Shown: in pieces, positions 22,012 through 32,400 of the stretch
Layout of the letters: each line of letters starts with the position of its first letter
Numbering within the stretch: the stretch's first letter is position 1
Origin: Candidatus Spongiisociaceae bacterium
GTDB lineage: Bacteria > Actinomycetota > Acidimicrobiia > Spongiisociales > Spongiisociaceae
DNA length: 64,000 bases
Direction: 5' to 3'
Assembly (NCBI GenBank): GCA_965202665.1
Contig: OZ241841.1
Location: 992,001 to 1,056,000, forward strand
The notes under the pieces: generated by a model
Seen by the model: only the letters and a program-made list of their open reading frames with translations
Database searches by the model: none
Told to the model about the DNA's origin: nothing
Program-made: the position numbers and the translations under genes

Positions 22012-25000
22012 ATGCGGCGGTTGGCGGTGTTGGCGTTGGCGGCGGGGTTGGTCTGGTCGGTGTTGCCGGTTGCGCCGGCGGCGGTGGGGGCGCAGACGGT
22101 GATTACGCTCAGCGTGGTCGATGAGTCGAATACCAATACCGTGGTGACTTCGTTGGGGGAGGACGATGCTGTCGGGGGTAAGTTTTTTCATTTGAAGGCA
22201 ACGGCGGCTTCGGCGTCTAGTTCTCCTGTGACGGTGACGGTTACTCGGGGAGGCAACGCTACTGTGAGTGATCTGACATTGATCCCACTGGGTTTTGGTT
22301 TTAGGGCTGAGTGCCGCAGTGGTGATGCGTGTATGAGCTCTACCGTCTTTCTTAATGTTACCATTCCAGCGAACCAGACAAGCGGTACAACTATTTTTAG
22401 TTGGCCTGTTTATACTCGGTCAGATACGATTACGGAGGATCATGAGACCATCACCTTTTCCGGTACCGCTTCTGGGTATACGGTGAATGGGACTACTTTG
22501 ACTATCACCGATCAGGACCGGGCGATTAAGGTGGATATTCCATCGGATTTTTTAGTAATGCCGGAGAGAGGAGAAGGTGAATCTGTGAATCGAAACGGTC
22601 GTCATGTCTATTGGCCTAATTCAAGGAAGGCTGTTTTGGGTGGGGTTACGAATGGTGTGTTCACTGCTTCTACTTCTTCTACGTACAGCCAAAATTTGTC
22701 GGGTATGCGATTGAAGGTGGTAAGTGGGACGGCTACGCAATCTGAAATTTTGAGTACTAATATCGATGTCTTTCACGAGCATAATTCTGATAGTAATACT
22801 CCTTTGCAAGCTACGATAACCGCCGGATCTCTTTCCGGAGATTTTATTGGTATATATAATACCAATTCTACTTTGTCTTTGGGAATTGTAAGTGATAGGA
22901 GGGTGGAGCCGGATGAGACTTTTTATCTTAGGGTGGACCGTCCGGCGGGTTGGACCTGGTTTCAGACCCCGATAACTGTTAAGGATGCGAATCGTCGGGT
23001 GAGATTGACGGTGGATACCGATAGTGAGGCTATGGGGAATCAGGATGTGTTAACGGAAGGGGATTCCGGTTCGGGGGTGTCGGTGTCGGCTAATTTTTGG
23101 AACGCGACGTCTTCGGTGTTGCCTTCGGCGACGGCGGTGACGTTGTCGGCGGCGGCGGAGACTCCGGCGGGGGCGGGTAAGGCGACGGCGGCTGATTTCA
23201 CGTATGCTCCGTCCACGGCGAATACGATTTCTTTCCCGGCTCAGAGTGTCACTGCTTCGGGTTCGGCGACGTTGGCTGGTTTGACGATTACTGATGATTC
23301 GGTTGTGGAAGGCCCGGAAACTTTTCTGGTGAACGGGTCGTCGGTGCTGGGAACCGCTACTAAGGCGGACACGTTGACTATATATGACAATGACGCTGAT
23401 ATTGAGTTGGAGGTGTCCCCGTCATCGGTGGAGGAGCAGGCGGGGGCGCAACAGGTTACGGTGACCGCCCGGTTTAAGGGTTCATCGTCGATTTTGACAT
23501 CGGCTACTGATGTGGCGGTGACGGTAGCGGGGGCGGGCGGGGCGACTTTGTCGTCGTGTCCGGTGTCTGGCGGGAATGATGCTTGTACCAGTTTGACGGG
23601 TAATGCGACCACGATTTCCATTCCGGCGGGCGGGACGTCGGAGAGCGCAACTTTTACGGTGACGGTTCCTGATGATAGTACGAGCGAGTCGGGGGAGAAG
23701 TTGACGCTGTCGGGGACGGCGTCGGTGGGCGGGACAGCGGTGTCGGTGGACTCGGCGGATCTACCAATTATCGACGCGGGAACGCGGGTGGATTTGTCTT
23801 TGCATGAGGCGGTTAGCGGGGAAGCGGCGCTGTCCGGGATAGCGGAGGATGGAGGGGCGCGGACGGTGCGGGTGAAAGCCACCGCTGCGACGGCGGTGCC
23901 TTCGCAGACCACCATCAGCGTAAACGTGGGTGCTATGGGGGGGACGGCGACGGTGGGGATGTGCACGGGGAGCGGCCAGTCCCGGTCTTGTTCGAGCGGC
24001 GACTACGACCGGGGGTCGGCGACGGTGGACGTGACGATCCCATCGGGCGGTACGTCGGCAACCTCGGACGTGACCATTACTCCCCTTTCGGACACAACCG
24101 CGGAGGGGGAGGAAACCATCCGGTTCGCCGGTTCCGCTACCGGGTTTACGGTGTTTCCCGCGGATTTGAAGATCACGGAAACGATAGAGTTGACAGTTAG
24201 CCAAACTTCGGTGAGTGAGGGAGCGGCCAACGCCGGTGCGGCGTCGGTGACGGCTTCTTATGCGGGGGCGTCTACTTCGACGCTGACTACGGCGACGGTT
24301 GTTACGTTGTCGTTCGGGGCGGGCGAGGGAGCGGAGGCGGCGGATTTCACCGCTCCCGGAGCGGGTAGTGAGATCACGGTGAGCATCCCGGGTTCTACCA
24401 CTTCTAGTTCGGCGGTTGCTTTGACTGGTTTGCTAGTTGTAGGGGATAGGATCGCGGAGGGGGAGGAGAAGATTGATGTCGGGGGGACGGCGGATGGGTT
24501 TGTGGTGAGCGGTACGGAGCTGACGATAGCCGATGATGATCTGGGGGTGACTTTAACGGCGGACACCGATAGCGGCACGAACGGGGAGCAGCAGACTTTA
24601 CCGGAGGGTGAGGCGGCGGCGGTGCGGGTGCGGGCCCGGTTCACTTCCGCTACCACCAACGATTTGGCCGCTGTTTATGAGATTCAGGTTACCGCCGGGG
24701 AGGGTTCTCCGGTGTCGGCGACCGGCGGAGGTGTTGATTTCACCGCCCCGGGCGCGGCGGCGACGGTTACCATACCCGCCGGAACCGCCCTGCAAAGCGG
24801 TTGGGTGAATCTAACCGGCCTGTCGGTGGCGGATGACACGATAGCGGAAGGATCGGAAACTTTTCTCATCACCGGTACCGCTACAGGCGGGACGGTGGTT
24901 GCGGAGACGGTAACCATCGTCGATGACGATGTGGATGTGTCTTTGTCGGCGTCTCCGGCGGAGGTGGTGGAACAGGCGACGGCGCATCAGATAACGGTAA

Positions 25001-28000
25001 CCGCCCGTTTTCAGGGGGCCACGTCGGTGTTGTCGGCGGCTACTCCGGTGACGGTAACGGTCGGGTCGGCGGACACCAGCGGCGCGACGGTGCATACCGC
25101 GGTATGTCCTATGATGATGACAATTACAGCGGATGTGTGCACCAACCAGACGAACAATCAGTTCACGGTCAGTATCCCCGCCGGGGGTGTCAGTGGTTCG
25201 GGTTCTTTTCAGCTGCGGGCCCGCGTCGATGGGGACGACGCCGAGGGTATCGAGTATTTGAAACTGACCGGTTCTACTTCTATAGGTCAGGTGGCGTCCG
25301 CTCAGATGGGCGTTTTCGATCCGGGCCGGGCGTTTACCTTGTCTTTCCATGAGCCGACCAGCGGCGACCCGGCCCTGTCGGGGATAACCGAGGACGGGGG
25401 GGCGCAGACGGTGCGGGTGAAAGCCACCCTCGGCGCACCCGCTTCATCGTCCGCCACAGTGACCGTAAACGTAGGAACCGCAGGCGGAACCGCCACTTTG
25501 GGACCAATCGGGGATTACACCCGCGGGAGCGCTACGGCGACTATCACCATCAACAGCGGCGAAACCAGCGGAACGGCCGATGTTGTGCTCACTCCCCGCA
25601 ATGAGGGAACGGTGGAGGGGGCGGAAACCATCCGTTTCACCGCTTCCGCCACCGGCGGGTATCTGCCCGCGGTGGCTGATTTGTCGATTCTGGAAACGAT
25701 CACTTTGGCTCTCAGCCAGTCCACGGTGGATGAAAGAGACGCCAACGCGGGAGCGGTAACCGTTACCGCCTCTTTCGCGGGGGCGTCCAGTTCCTCCCTC
25801 ACCCAAGCTACGGATGTAACTTTGTCGTTTGGGGCGGGTGAGAACGCGGAGGCGGCGGATTTCACCGCCCCCGGCGCGGCGGTGACGGTGACCATTCCCG
25901 CTGGTTCTACTAGTAGTTCGGCGGTTGCGTTGAGCGGTTTGCTGATTACCGGGGATACTATCGCGGAGGACGCGGAGAGTATCAACATCGACGGTACCGC
26001 CGGGGGGTTCGCGGTTAGCGGAACGACGCTGGTCATCACCGACGACGACCTAGACGTAACCCTGACGGCGGACACTGACAGCGGAGAAAACGGGAATCAG
26101 AAAACCCTGTCGGAGGGCGGGACGGTTGCGGTGCGGGTACAAGCCGCGTTCGCCACCGCCACCAGCAACGACATTGGGTCTGCTTTGCAAGTACGCGTAA
26201 CCGCGGAGGCTTTATCACCGGCGTCGGCCGAGGCGGGGGGAATCGATTTCACCCCTCCCGCCACCCCGGTTACGGTATCCATCCCCGCCGGGCAAACCCA
26301 GAGTGCCTGGACGAACCTGACCGGACTGGCGGTAACGGACGATGCGGTAACCGAGCTGGCGGAAACGTTCAGAATCGCGGGGACGTCGGTGAACAGCGGC
26401 GTGGGGATTACCCCGGATACGTTGACTATCGGAGCCAGCGACACCGCTTTGGAGGTAACCGCCTCGCCGGGGTCGGTGACGGAAAGCACCAGCGCCCACA
26501 ACATAACGGTCACCGCCGGGTTCGCCGGAGCCACCTCCTCCGTACTAGCAACCAACACCGACGTAACGGTAACGGTAGCGGCCGGGGACACCAACGGGGC
26601 CACGGTGGCGACAGCATGCTCTCAGTCGATGACCGAAGATGTGTGCACCGACCAGACGGGCAACTCGTTCACTATCCGCATCCCGGCTGGTCAGCACTAT
26701 CACACGGGCTCGTTTCAGCTGACAGCCCGAGTAGACACAGACCCGGAAACTACTGCGGAAACGGTGAAAATCAGCGGCTCGGCCACTGTCGCCGGAACAG
26801 CCGCCTCCGACACCGCCACCATCAACATAGCCGACAGCGGCATCACCCTCGCCCTAACCAACGCCTCCGATAGCAGCGCCCTGTCCGCGTTGGATGAAAA
26901 CAGCGGAACAACCACCATACGGGTTACCGCCACCCTGCCGGTGGCAGCCCCCGCCGGGGGTGCGGTAGTGGGCCTGGAGATAGACGAGGACAGCACCGCC
27001 ACCGTAGATTCCAACCGCGTCTGGACCAACCGGGAAGACTACCGGGTGGTTTGGCCCGCCAAACCGAGCGGAACCCCCTCCGGATACGCCACCGGCATCG
27101 CCGTCCCCGCCGGCTCCACCACCGGCCACGCCGACATCCAAATCACCATCAACGACGACAACGTCGACGAGCCGGCGAGGAGGATAGAAATCAACGGCAG
27201 CCATGTAAACATCAACAGCGTGGATTATCACACGGTAGCCGCCGCTTTGACTCTGAACGACAACGACGACCCCCCCACCGCTATCACCCTCACCCTGCAC
27301 AGCACCCGCGCCGACAGCAGCGGGGAACACCTCACCCAAGCCCACGAAAACCAAGAAACCCGGGTACGGGTAATAGCCGCCTTCCAAGGAACCGCCACCC
27401 GCTCCGCCGCCACCTTCGTACCCATCGTAGTCGGCAAAACCGCTACCGGGGAAGCCACGCCGGGAACCGACTATCAAACAGTAAACACCTTCAACGTGCG
27501 AATCTCCGGCTACCAAACCCTAGGAGCCGACACCTTCCTCCTCAAAACCGACGGAACATACAACGACAACGCCTTCGAAGGACCGGAAACGCTAACCGTC
27601 GCCGGCGGAACCCTCGCCAATTTCACCATCGCGCAAGACACCCTCACCATCATCGACGACGACCTAACCGTCGCCCTCACCCTCACCCCCAACCAAGCAA
27701 CCGAAGGAACCACCAACACGTCCGTAACCTTGCGGGCCGCCTATCCGACCGGGGAGACCCTCCCCAACCCCCACACCATAACCCTGGGCCGCGGGGGAAC
27801 CGCCGCCGCCGCCGACTACACCGCCCCCGCCCTCACCCCCCTAACCATTCCCGCTAACCAAAACAGCGCCACCCGAACCCTCAGCCTGCCTATCACCGAC
27901 GACAGCATCGATGAACCAGACGAAACCATACAAATAACCGGAACCTCCGCCGGAATCGCCATCGAACCCGCCGTCTTCACCATCGAAGACAACGACGACC

Positions 28001-29118
28001 CACCCACCGGCATCACCCTCACCGTCAACCCCGCCAGCCTGCCCGAAGGACAAACCAACCGTCAGATCACCATCACCGCCCGGCTAGACGGCTCCACCAC
28101 CCGATCTGAAGCCACCCAAGTGGCTATAACCATCCCCGGCCCCGACAGCACCGCCACCCCCGCCGACTACCGAATCACCAACCAGCCCACCACCATAACC
28201 ATCCGCCCCGAAACACAATCCGGCTCCGGAACCTTTAACATAACCATCCCCAACACCGACGGCCCCGAACCAAACGAAACCCTCCAAATAACCGGCGCCG
28301 CCGTCGGGTTCACCACCATCACCCCCGCCGTCCTCACCATCCGCAACAGCGCACCTCCGTCGCCCCCAACCACCACACCAAACCCACCCACCGGAGGAGG
28401 TGGAGGAGGAGGGGGGGGCGGCGGTGGAGGCGCGCCTCCTCCGGCCGCGCCGCCCCCCGCGGGCGGAGGAGGTGGTGGCGGAGGAGGGGCCCCACCCCCC
28501 GCCGCGCCCGCACCGCCGACCGCGCCGGTGGTCTGCCAGGGTCGGTTCTGCGACGACGACGGCAGCGTCCACGAAGACAACATCGAGTTGATGGCCATAT
28601 GGGGAATAACCATCGGATGCGACGCCAACGACTCCACCAAATACTGCCCCAGCGCCCAAATCACCCGCAGGCAAATGGCCACCTTCATCTACCGCGCCGT
28701 CAACCCCCGCTGGCCCATCCAGTTCCCCACCGGCATAGAAATAGCCGACGTCCCCGCCGACGCCAGCTACCGCCCCTACGCCAACTGGCTAGTCAGCATC
28801 GGGGCGTTCCAACTAGACGACGGGAACTTCAACCCCCGGGGCATAGTAACCCGAGCCGACATGGCGGTCATGATGGTAGCCGCTTTCCCCCACATCCAAG
28901 CCGTATCCGAATCCCAAAACCTGTTCGCCGACACCGCCAACCTGGACGCGGCCGTGGTGCGGGCCATCGAAGGCATCGCCGAAAGCGAAGTGACCAGAGG
29001 ATGCACCACCACGCCCCCCCTCAGATACTGTCCCAACAACCCGGTAACCCGCGCCCAGATGGCATCCTTCTTCGTAAGAGTAATCAACCAAGCCCCCACC
29101 ACCACCGACGAATCATAA
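22012..29118 (+). CDS. Giant secreted Calx-beta/Ig-like repeat surface protein with C-terminal SLH-like domains, copy 1
   Basis: GGAGG RBS, signal peptide, repeated 'ADFTAP...ITDD..EG.ET' units, Pro/Gly linker, 'RFCDDDGSVHE..CPSAQITRRQMA..VTRAQMASF' SLH-like end. Confidence 0.88.
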   Translation: MRRLAVLALAAGLVWSVLPVAPAAVGAQTVITLSVVDESNTNTVVTSLGEDDAVGGKFFHLKATAASASSSPVTVTVTRGGNATVSDLTLIPLGFGFRAECRSGDACMSSTVFLNVTIPANQTSGTTIFSWPVYTRSDTITEDHETITFSGTASGYTVNGTTLTITDQDRAIKVDIPSDFLVMPERGEGESVNRNGRHVYWPNSRKAVLGGVTNGVFTASTSSTYSQNLSGMRLKVVSGTATQSEILSTNIDVFHEHNSDSNTPLQATITAGSLSGDFIGIYNTNSTLSLGIVSDRRVEPDETFYLRVDRPAGWTWFQTPITVKDANRRVRLTVDTDSEAMGNQDVLTEGDSGSGVSVSANFWNATSSVLPSATAVTLSAAAETPAGAGKATAADFTYAPSTANTISFPAQSVTASGSATLAGLTITDDSVVEGPETFLVNGSSVLGTATKADTLTIYDNDADIELEVSPSSVEEQAGAQQVTVTARFKGSSSILTSATDVAVTVAGAGGATLSSCPVSGGNDACTSLTGNATTISIPAGGTSESATFTVTVPDDSTSESGEKLTLSGTASVGGTAVSVDSADLPIIDAGTRVDLSLHEAVSGEAALSGIAEDGGARTVRVKATAATAVPSQTTISVNVGAMGGTATVGMCTGSGQSRSCSSGDYDRGSATVDVTIPSGGTSATSDVTITPLSDTTAEGEETIRFAGSATGFTVFPADLKITETIELTVSQTSVSEGAANAGAASVTASYAGASTSTLTTATVVTLSFGAGEGAEAADFTAPGAGSEITVSIPGSTTSSSAVALTGLLVVGDRIAEGEEKIDVGGTADGFVVSGTELTIADDDLGVTLTADTDSGTNGEQQTLPEGEAAAVRVRARFTSATTNDLAAVYEIQVTAGEGSPVSATGGGVDFTAPGAAATVTIPAGTALQSGWVNLTGLSVADDTIAEGSETFLITGTATGGTVVAETVTIVDDDVDVSLSASPAEVVEQATAHQITVTARFQGATSVLSAATPVTVTVGSADTSGATVHTAVCPMMMTITADVCTNQTNNQFTVSIPAGGVSGSGSFQLRARVDGDDAEGIEYLKLTGSTSIGQVASAQMGVFDPGRAFTLSFHEPTSGDPALSGITEDGGAQTVRVKATLGAPASSSATVTVNVGTAGGTATLGPIGDYTRGSATATITINSGETSGTADVVLTPRNEGTVEGAETIRFTASATGGYLPAVADLSILETITLALSQSTVDERDANAGAVTVTASFAGASSSSLTQATDVTLSFGAGENAEAADFTAPGAAVTVTIPAGSTSSSAVALSGLLITGDTIAEDAESINIDGTAGGFAVSGTTLVITDDDLDVTLTADTDSGENGNQKTLSEGGTVAVRVQAAFATATSNDIGSALQVRVTAEALSPASAEAGGIDFTPPATPVTVSIPAGQTQSAWTNLTGLAVTDDAVTELAETFRIAGTSVNSGVGITPDTLTIGASDTALEVTASPGSVTESTSAHNITVTAGFAGATSSVLATNTDVTVTVAAGDTNGATVATACSQSMTEDVCTDQTGNSFTIRIPAGQHYHTGSFQLTARVDTDPETTAETVKISGSATVAGTAASDTATINIADSGITLALTNASDSSALSALDENSGTTTIRVTATLPVAAPAGGAVVGLEIDEDSTATVDSNRVWTNREDYRVVWPAKPSGTPSGYATGIAVPAGSTTGHADIQITINDDNVDEPARRIEINGSHVNINSVDYHTVAAALTLNDNDDPPTAITLTLHSTRADSSGEHLTQAHENQETRVRVIAAFQGTATRSAATFVPIVVGKTATGEATPGTDYQTVNTFNVRISGYQTLGADTFLLKTDGTYNDNAFEGPETLTVAGGTLANFTIAQDTLTIIDDDLTVALTLTPNQATEGTTNTSVTLRAAYPTGETLPNPHTITLGRGGTAAAADYTAPALTPLTIPANQNSATRTLSLPITDDSIDEPDETIQITGTSAGIAIEPAVFTIEDNDDPPTGITLTVNPASLPEGQTNRQITITARLDGSTTRSEATQVAITIPGPDSTATPADYRITNQPTTITIRPETQSGSGTFNITIPNTDGPEPNETLQITGAAVGFTTITPAVLTIRNSAPPSPPTTTPNPPTGGGGGGGGGGGGGAPPPAAPPPAGGGGGGGGGAPPPAAPAPPTAPVVCQGRFCDDDGSVHEDNIELMAIWGITIGCDANDSTKYCPSAQITRRQMATFIYRAVNPRWPIQFPTGIEIADVPADASYRPYANWLVSIGAFQLDDGNFNPRGIVTRADMAVMMVAAFPHIQAVSESQNLFADTANLDAAVVRAIEGIAESEVTRGCTTTPPLRYCPNNPVTRAQMASFFVRVINQAPTTTDES

Positions 29119-29199
29119 CCCATCCCCCGCCCTCAGGTTTCCCCACCCCCCCCCCCCGGTTAAGGAATCCCCTCCGCTGGGTTATCACCTTCCCTGCGT

Positions 29200-29235
29200 C
29201 AGAGGGTTGCCGAATCCCCGGTCGGTGACCCTTTG
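29200..29235 (+). terminator. Imperfect hairpin after copy 1, possible terminator
   Basis: CAGAGGGTTGCCGA ... TCGGTGACCCTTTG pair with G-U wobbles; no U-tract. Confidence 0.35.
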
Positions 29236-29324
29236 GCATAGCTGTTGAGTATTGCTTCATCGGCTCTCCGCGCAGCCGAATTGGGCAAACGGCGGTTCAA
29301 CACCTCCGCTGACGCGGGGGCAAT

Positions 29325-29351
29325 TTGACAAATTGGGGGGGGGGGTAGCGT
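29325..29351 (+). promoter_or_regulatory. Putative phase-variable promoter 2
   Basis: TTGACA-AATT-G11-TAGCGT, identical to promoter 1. Confidence 0.8.
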
Positions 29352-29408
29352 TTATCGCAATTGGCCCTGATAAGGGCTGGGCCGGAAGCGAAAGATGGAG
29401 GTTGGGCG

Positions 29409-32400
29409 ATGCGACGGCTTGGGCTGTTGGCGTTGGCGGCGGGTTTGGTCCTGTCGCTGTTGCCAGCCGTGCCTGCGGTGATGGGGGCGACGGCGATTAC
29501 GTTCAGTTTGGTTGATCCTTCGGGCAACGCGGTGACCTCGGTGGGGGAGGACAGCGGTTCGAAGGTTGTGCGGTTGAGGGCGTCGGTGGCTTCGGCGCCG
29601 TCCTCCAATTTGCAGATTAGCATCAGTCGGTTGTCCGGTACTGCCACTCAAGGAACGCGTATAGATTTGAATAGGTTTGATCCGGGTCGTCCTCCGAGGC
29701 TTGTTTGCAATTCTGGTGATTACTGTGCTAATGAGCCTTGGAATTTAACTATTCATAGGAATCAAACAAGTGTTACGTCTACTAATTTTACGATTGAACT
29801 GCGGTCGGATAGGATTACGGAGGAGCATGAGACCATCATTTTTTCCGGTTCCGCTTCTGGGCATACGGTGACTCCGGCTACTTTGACGATTACCGATCAG
29901 GACCGGGCGATTAAGGTGAACATATCGCAGGATACGTTACGGGAGAGGGGAGAAGGCGAATCTATGAGTGGACTCTATAGTCATTTGTTTGAACCCACGA
30001 TAACGGTTGTGGTGGGTGGGGTGACGAATGGCGTGTTCACTGCTTCTACTTCTTCAACATACAGCCAAGCTTTAGCGTACAGTGAATCAAATACGACAAA
30101 TATGAGAATACTGACACAGGCGGGAACCGCTGGGGTGATAGACACGGTCAATCAGAATGCCTATTATAATACGGATGTCATTGTAGACCATAATAGTGAT
30201 GGTAATGATCCTATAGGTGTGAAGATAGCCGCCAATTCGGTTTCCGGGACTACCCATTTTGTGTCTGGCGGCGGTAGCATAACCTACCAACTACGAATTA
30301 TAAGGGATGGGGTGGTGGAGCCGGATGAGGTTGTTTATGTTAGGTTGAACACCGTCCCGTCGGGTTGGACGGTGTTTAGGACCCCGATAACTATTCAGGA
30401 TGCGAATCGTCGGGTGAGCTTGACGGTGGATACCGATAGTGAGGCTATGGGGAATCAGGATGTGTTAACGGAAGGGGATTCCGGTTCGGGGGTGTCGGTG
30501 TCGGCTAATTTTTGGAACGCGACGTCTTCGGTGTTGCCTTCGGCGACGGCGGTGACGTTGTCGGCGGCGGCGGAGACTCCGGCGGGGGCGGGTAAGGCGA
30601 CGGCGGCTGATTTCACGTATGCTCCGTCCACGGCGAATACGATTACTTTCCCGGCTCGGAATATCACTGCTTCGGGTTCGGCTACGTTGGCTGGTTTGAC
30701 GATTACTGATGATTCGGTTGTGGAAGGCCCGGAAACTTTTCTGGTGAACGGGTCGTCGGTGCTGGGAACCGCTACTAACGCGGACACGTTGACGATATAT
30801 GACAATGACGCTGATATTGAGTTGGAGGTGTCTCCGTCGTCGGTGGATGAGCAGGCGGGGTCGCAACCGGTTACGGTGACCGCCCGGTTTAAGGGTTCGT
30901 CGTCGATTCTGACGACTGCTACAAATGTGACGGTGTCGGTGGCGGGGTCGGGTGGGGCTTCTTTGGGTTCGTCGTGTCCGACTACTAGCGGGCAGGATGC
31001 TTGCACTAATTTGACTAATAATCAGATGACGGTGTCTATTCCGGCGGGTGCGACGTCGGGGACCGGAACGTTTATGGTGACGGTTCCTGATGATAGTACG
31101 AGCGAGTCGGGGGAGAAGCTGACGCTGTCGGGTTCGGCGTCAGTGGGCGGGACGGCGGTGACGGTGGAGTCGGTGGATTTGCCGATTGTGGATGTGGGGA
31201 CGCGGGTGGATCTGTCGTTACATGAAGCGACGGCGGGCGAGGCGGCGCTGGCGGGGATAGCGGAGGGTGGGGGGGCGGAGACGGTGCGGGTGAAAGCTAC
31301 GGCGGGAGCGGCGGTGACCTCGGATACGACGATTAGCGTGAATGTGGGGGCGGCGGGGGGTACGGCGACGTTGGGGACATGCACGGGTAGCGGACAGTCC
31401 CGGTCTTGCACAAGCGGCGACTACGACCGGGAGGCGGCGACGGTGGATGTGACGATCGCGTCGGGTGAGACTTCCGGGACGGCGGATGTGACGATCACTC
31501 CCCTGTCGGATACGGTGGCGGAGGGGGAGGAAACGGTTCAGTTCACCGGTTCCGCCGCCGGGTTTGCCGTGTTCCCCGCGGATTTGAAAATCACCGAAGA
31601 GATTACGTTGACCCTCAGCCAGCCGTCAATAGGCGAGAGCGCGACGAACGCGGGGGCGGCCACGGTGACGGCCGCGTTCGCGGGGGCGTCTACTTCGGAG
31701 TTGACGGGGGCGACGGTTGTGACGTTGTCGTTCGGGGCGGGCGAGAACGCGGAGACGTTGGATTTCACCGCTCCCGGCACCGCGATCACGGTGAGCATTC
31801 CGGCTTCTTCCACCTCCAGTTCCGCTACCGCTCTGACCGGTTTGCTGATTACCGGGGATTCGATCGCGGAGGGGGAGGAGAAAATCGATGTTGGGGGGAC
31901 GGCGGATGGGTTTGTGGTGAGCGGAACGGAGCTGACCATAAACGACGATGATCTGGGGGTTACCTTAACGGCGGACACCGACAGCGCCACCGGGCAGCAG
32001 CAGACTTTGCCGGAGGGTGAGGCGGCGGCGGTGCGGGTACGGGCCCGGTTCACATCAGCTACTACCAACGACTTGACCGCCGCGCATACGGTTCAGGTGA
32101 CCGCGGAGGAGGGTTCTCCGGTGTCGGCGACCAGCGGGGGTGTTGATTTCACCGCCCCCGGCACGACTGCGACGGTGACTATGCCCGTCGGAACCGCCCT
32201 GCAAAGCGGCTGGGTGAATCTCACCGGCCTGTCGGTGGCGGATGACACGATAGCGGAAGGAGCGGAGACTTTTCTCATCACCGGCACCGCAACAGGCGGG
32301 ACGGTGGTTGCGGAGACGATAACTATCGTCGACGACGACGTTGACGTAACACTGTCCGCGTCTCCGGCGGAGGTGGTGGAGCAAGCGGCGGATCATCAGA

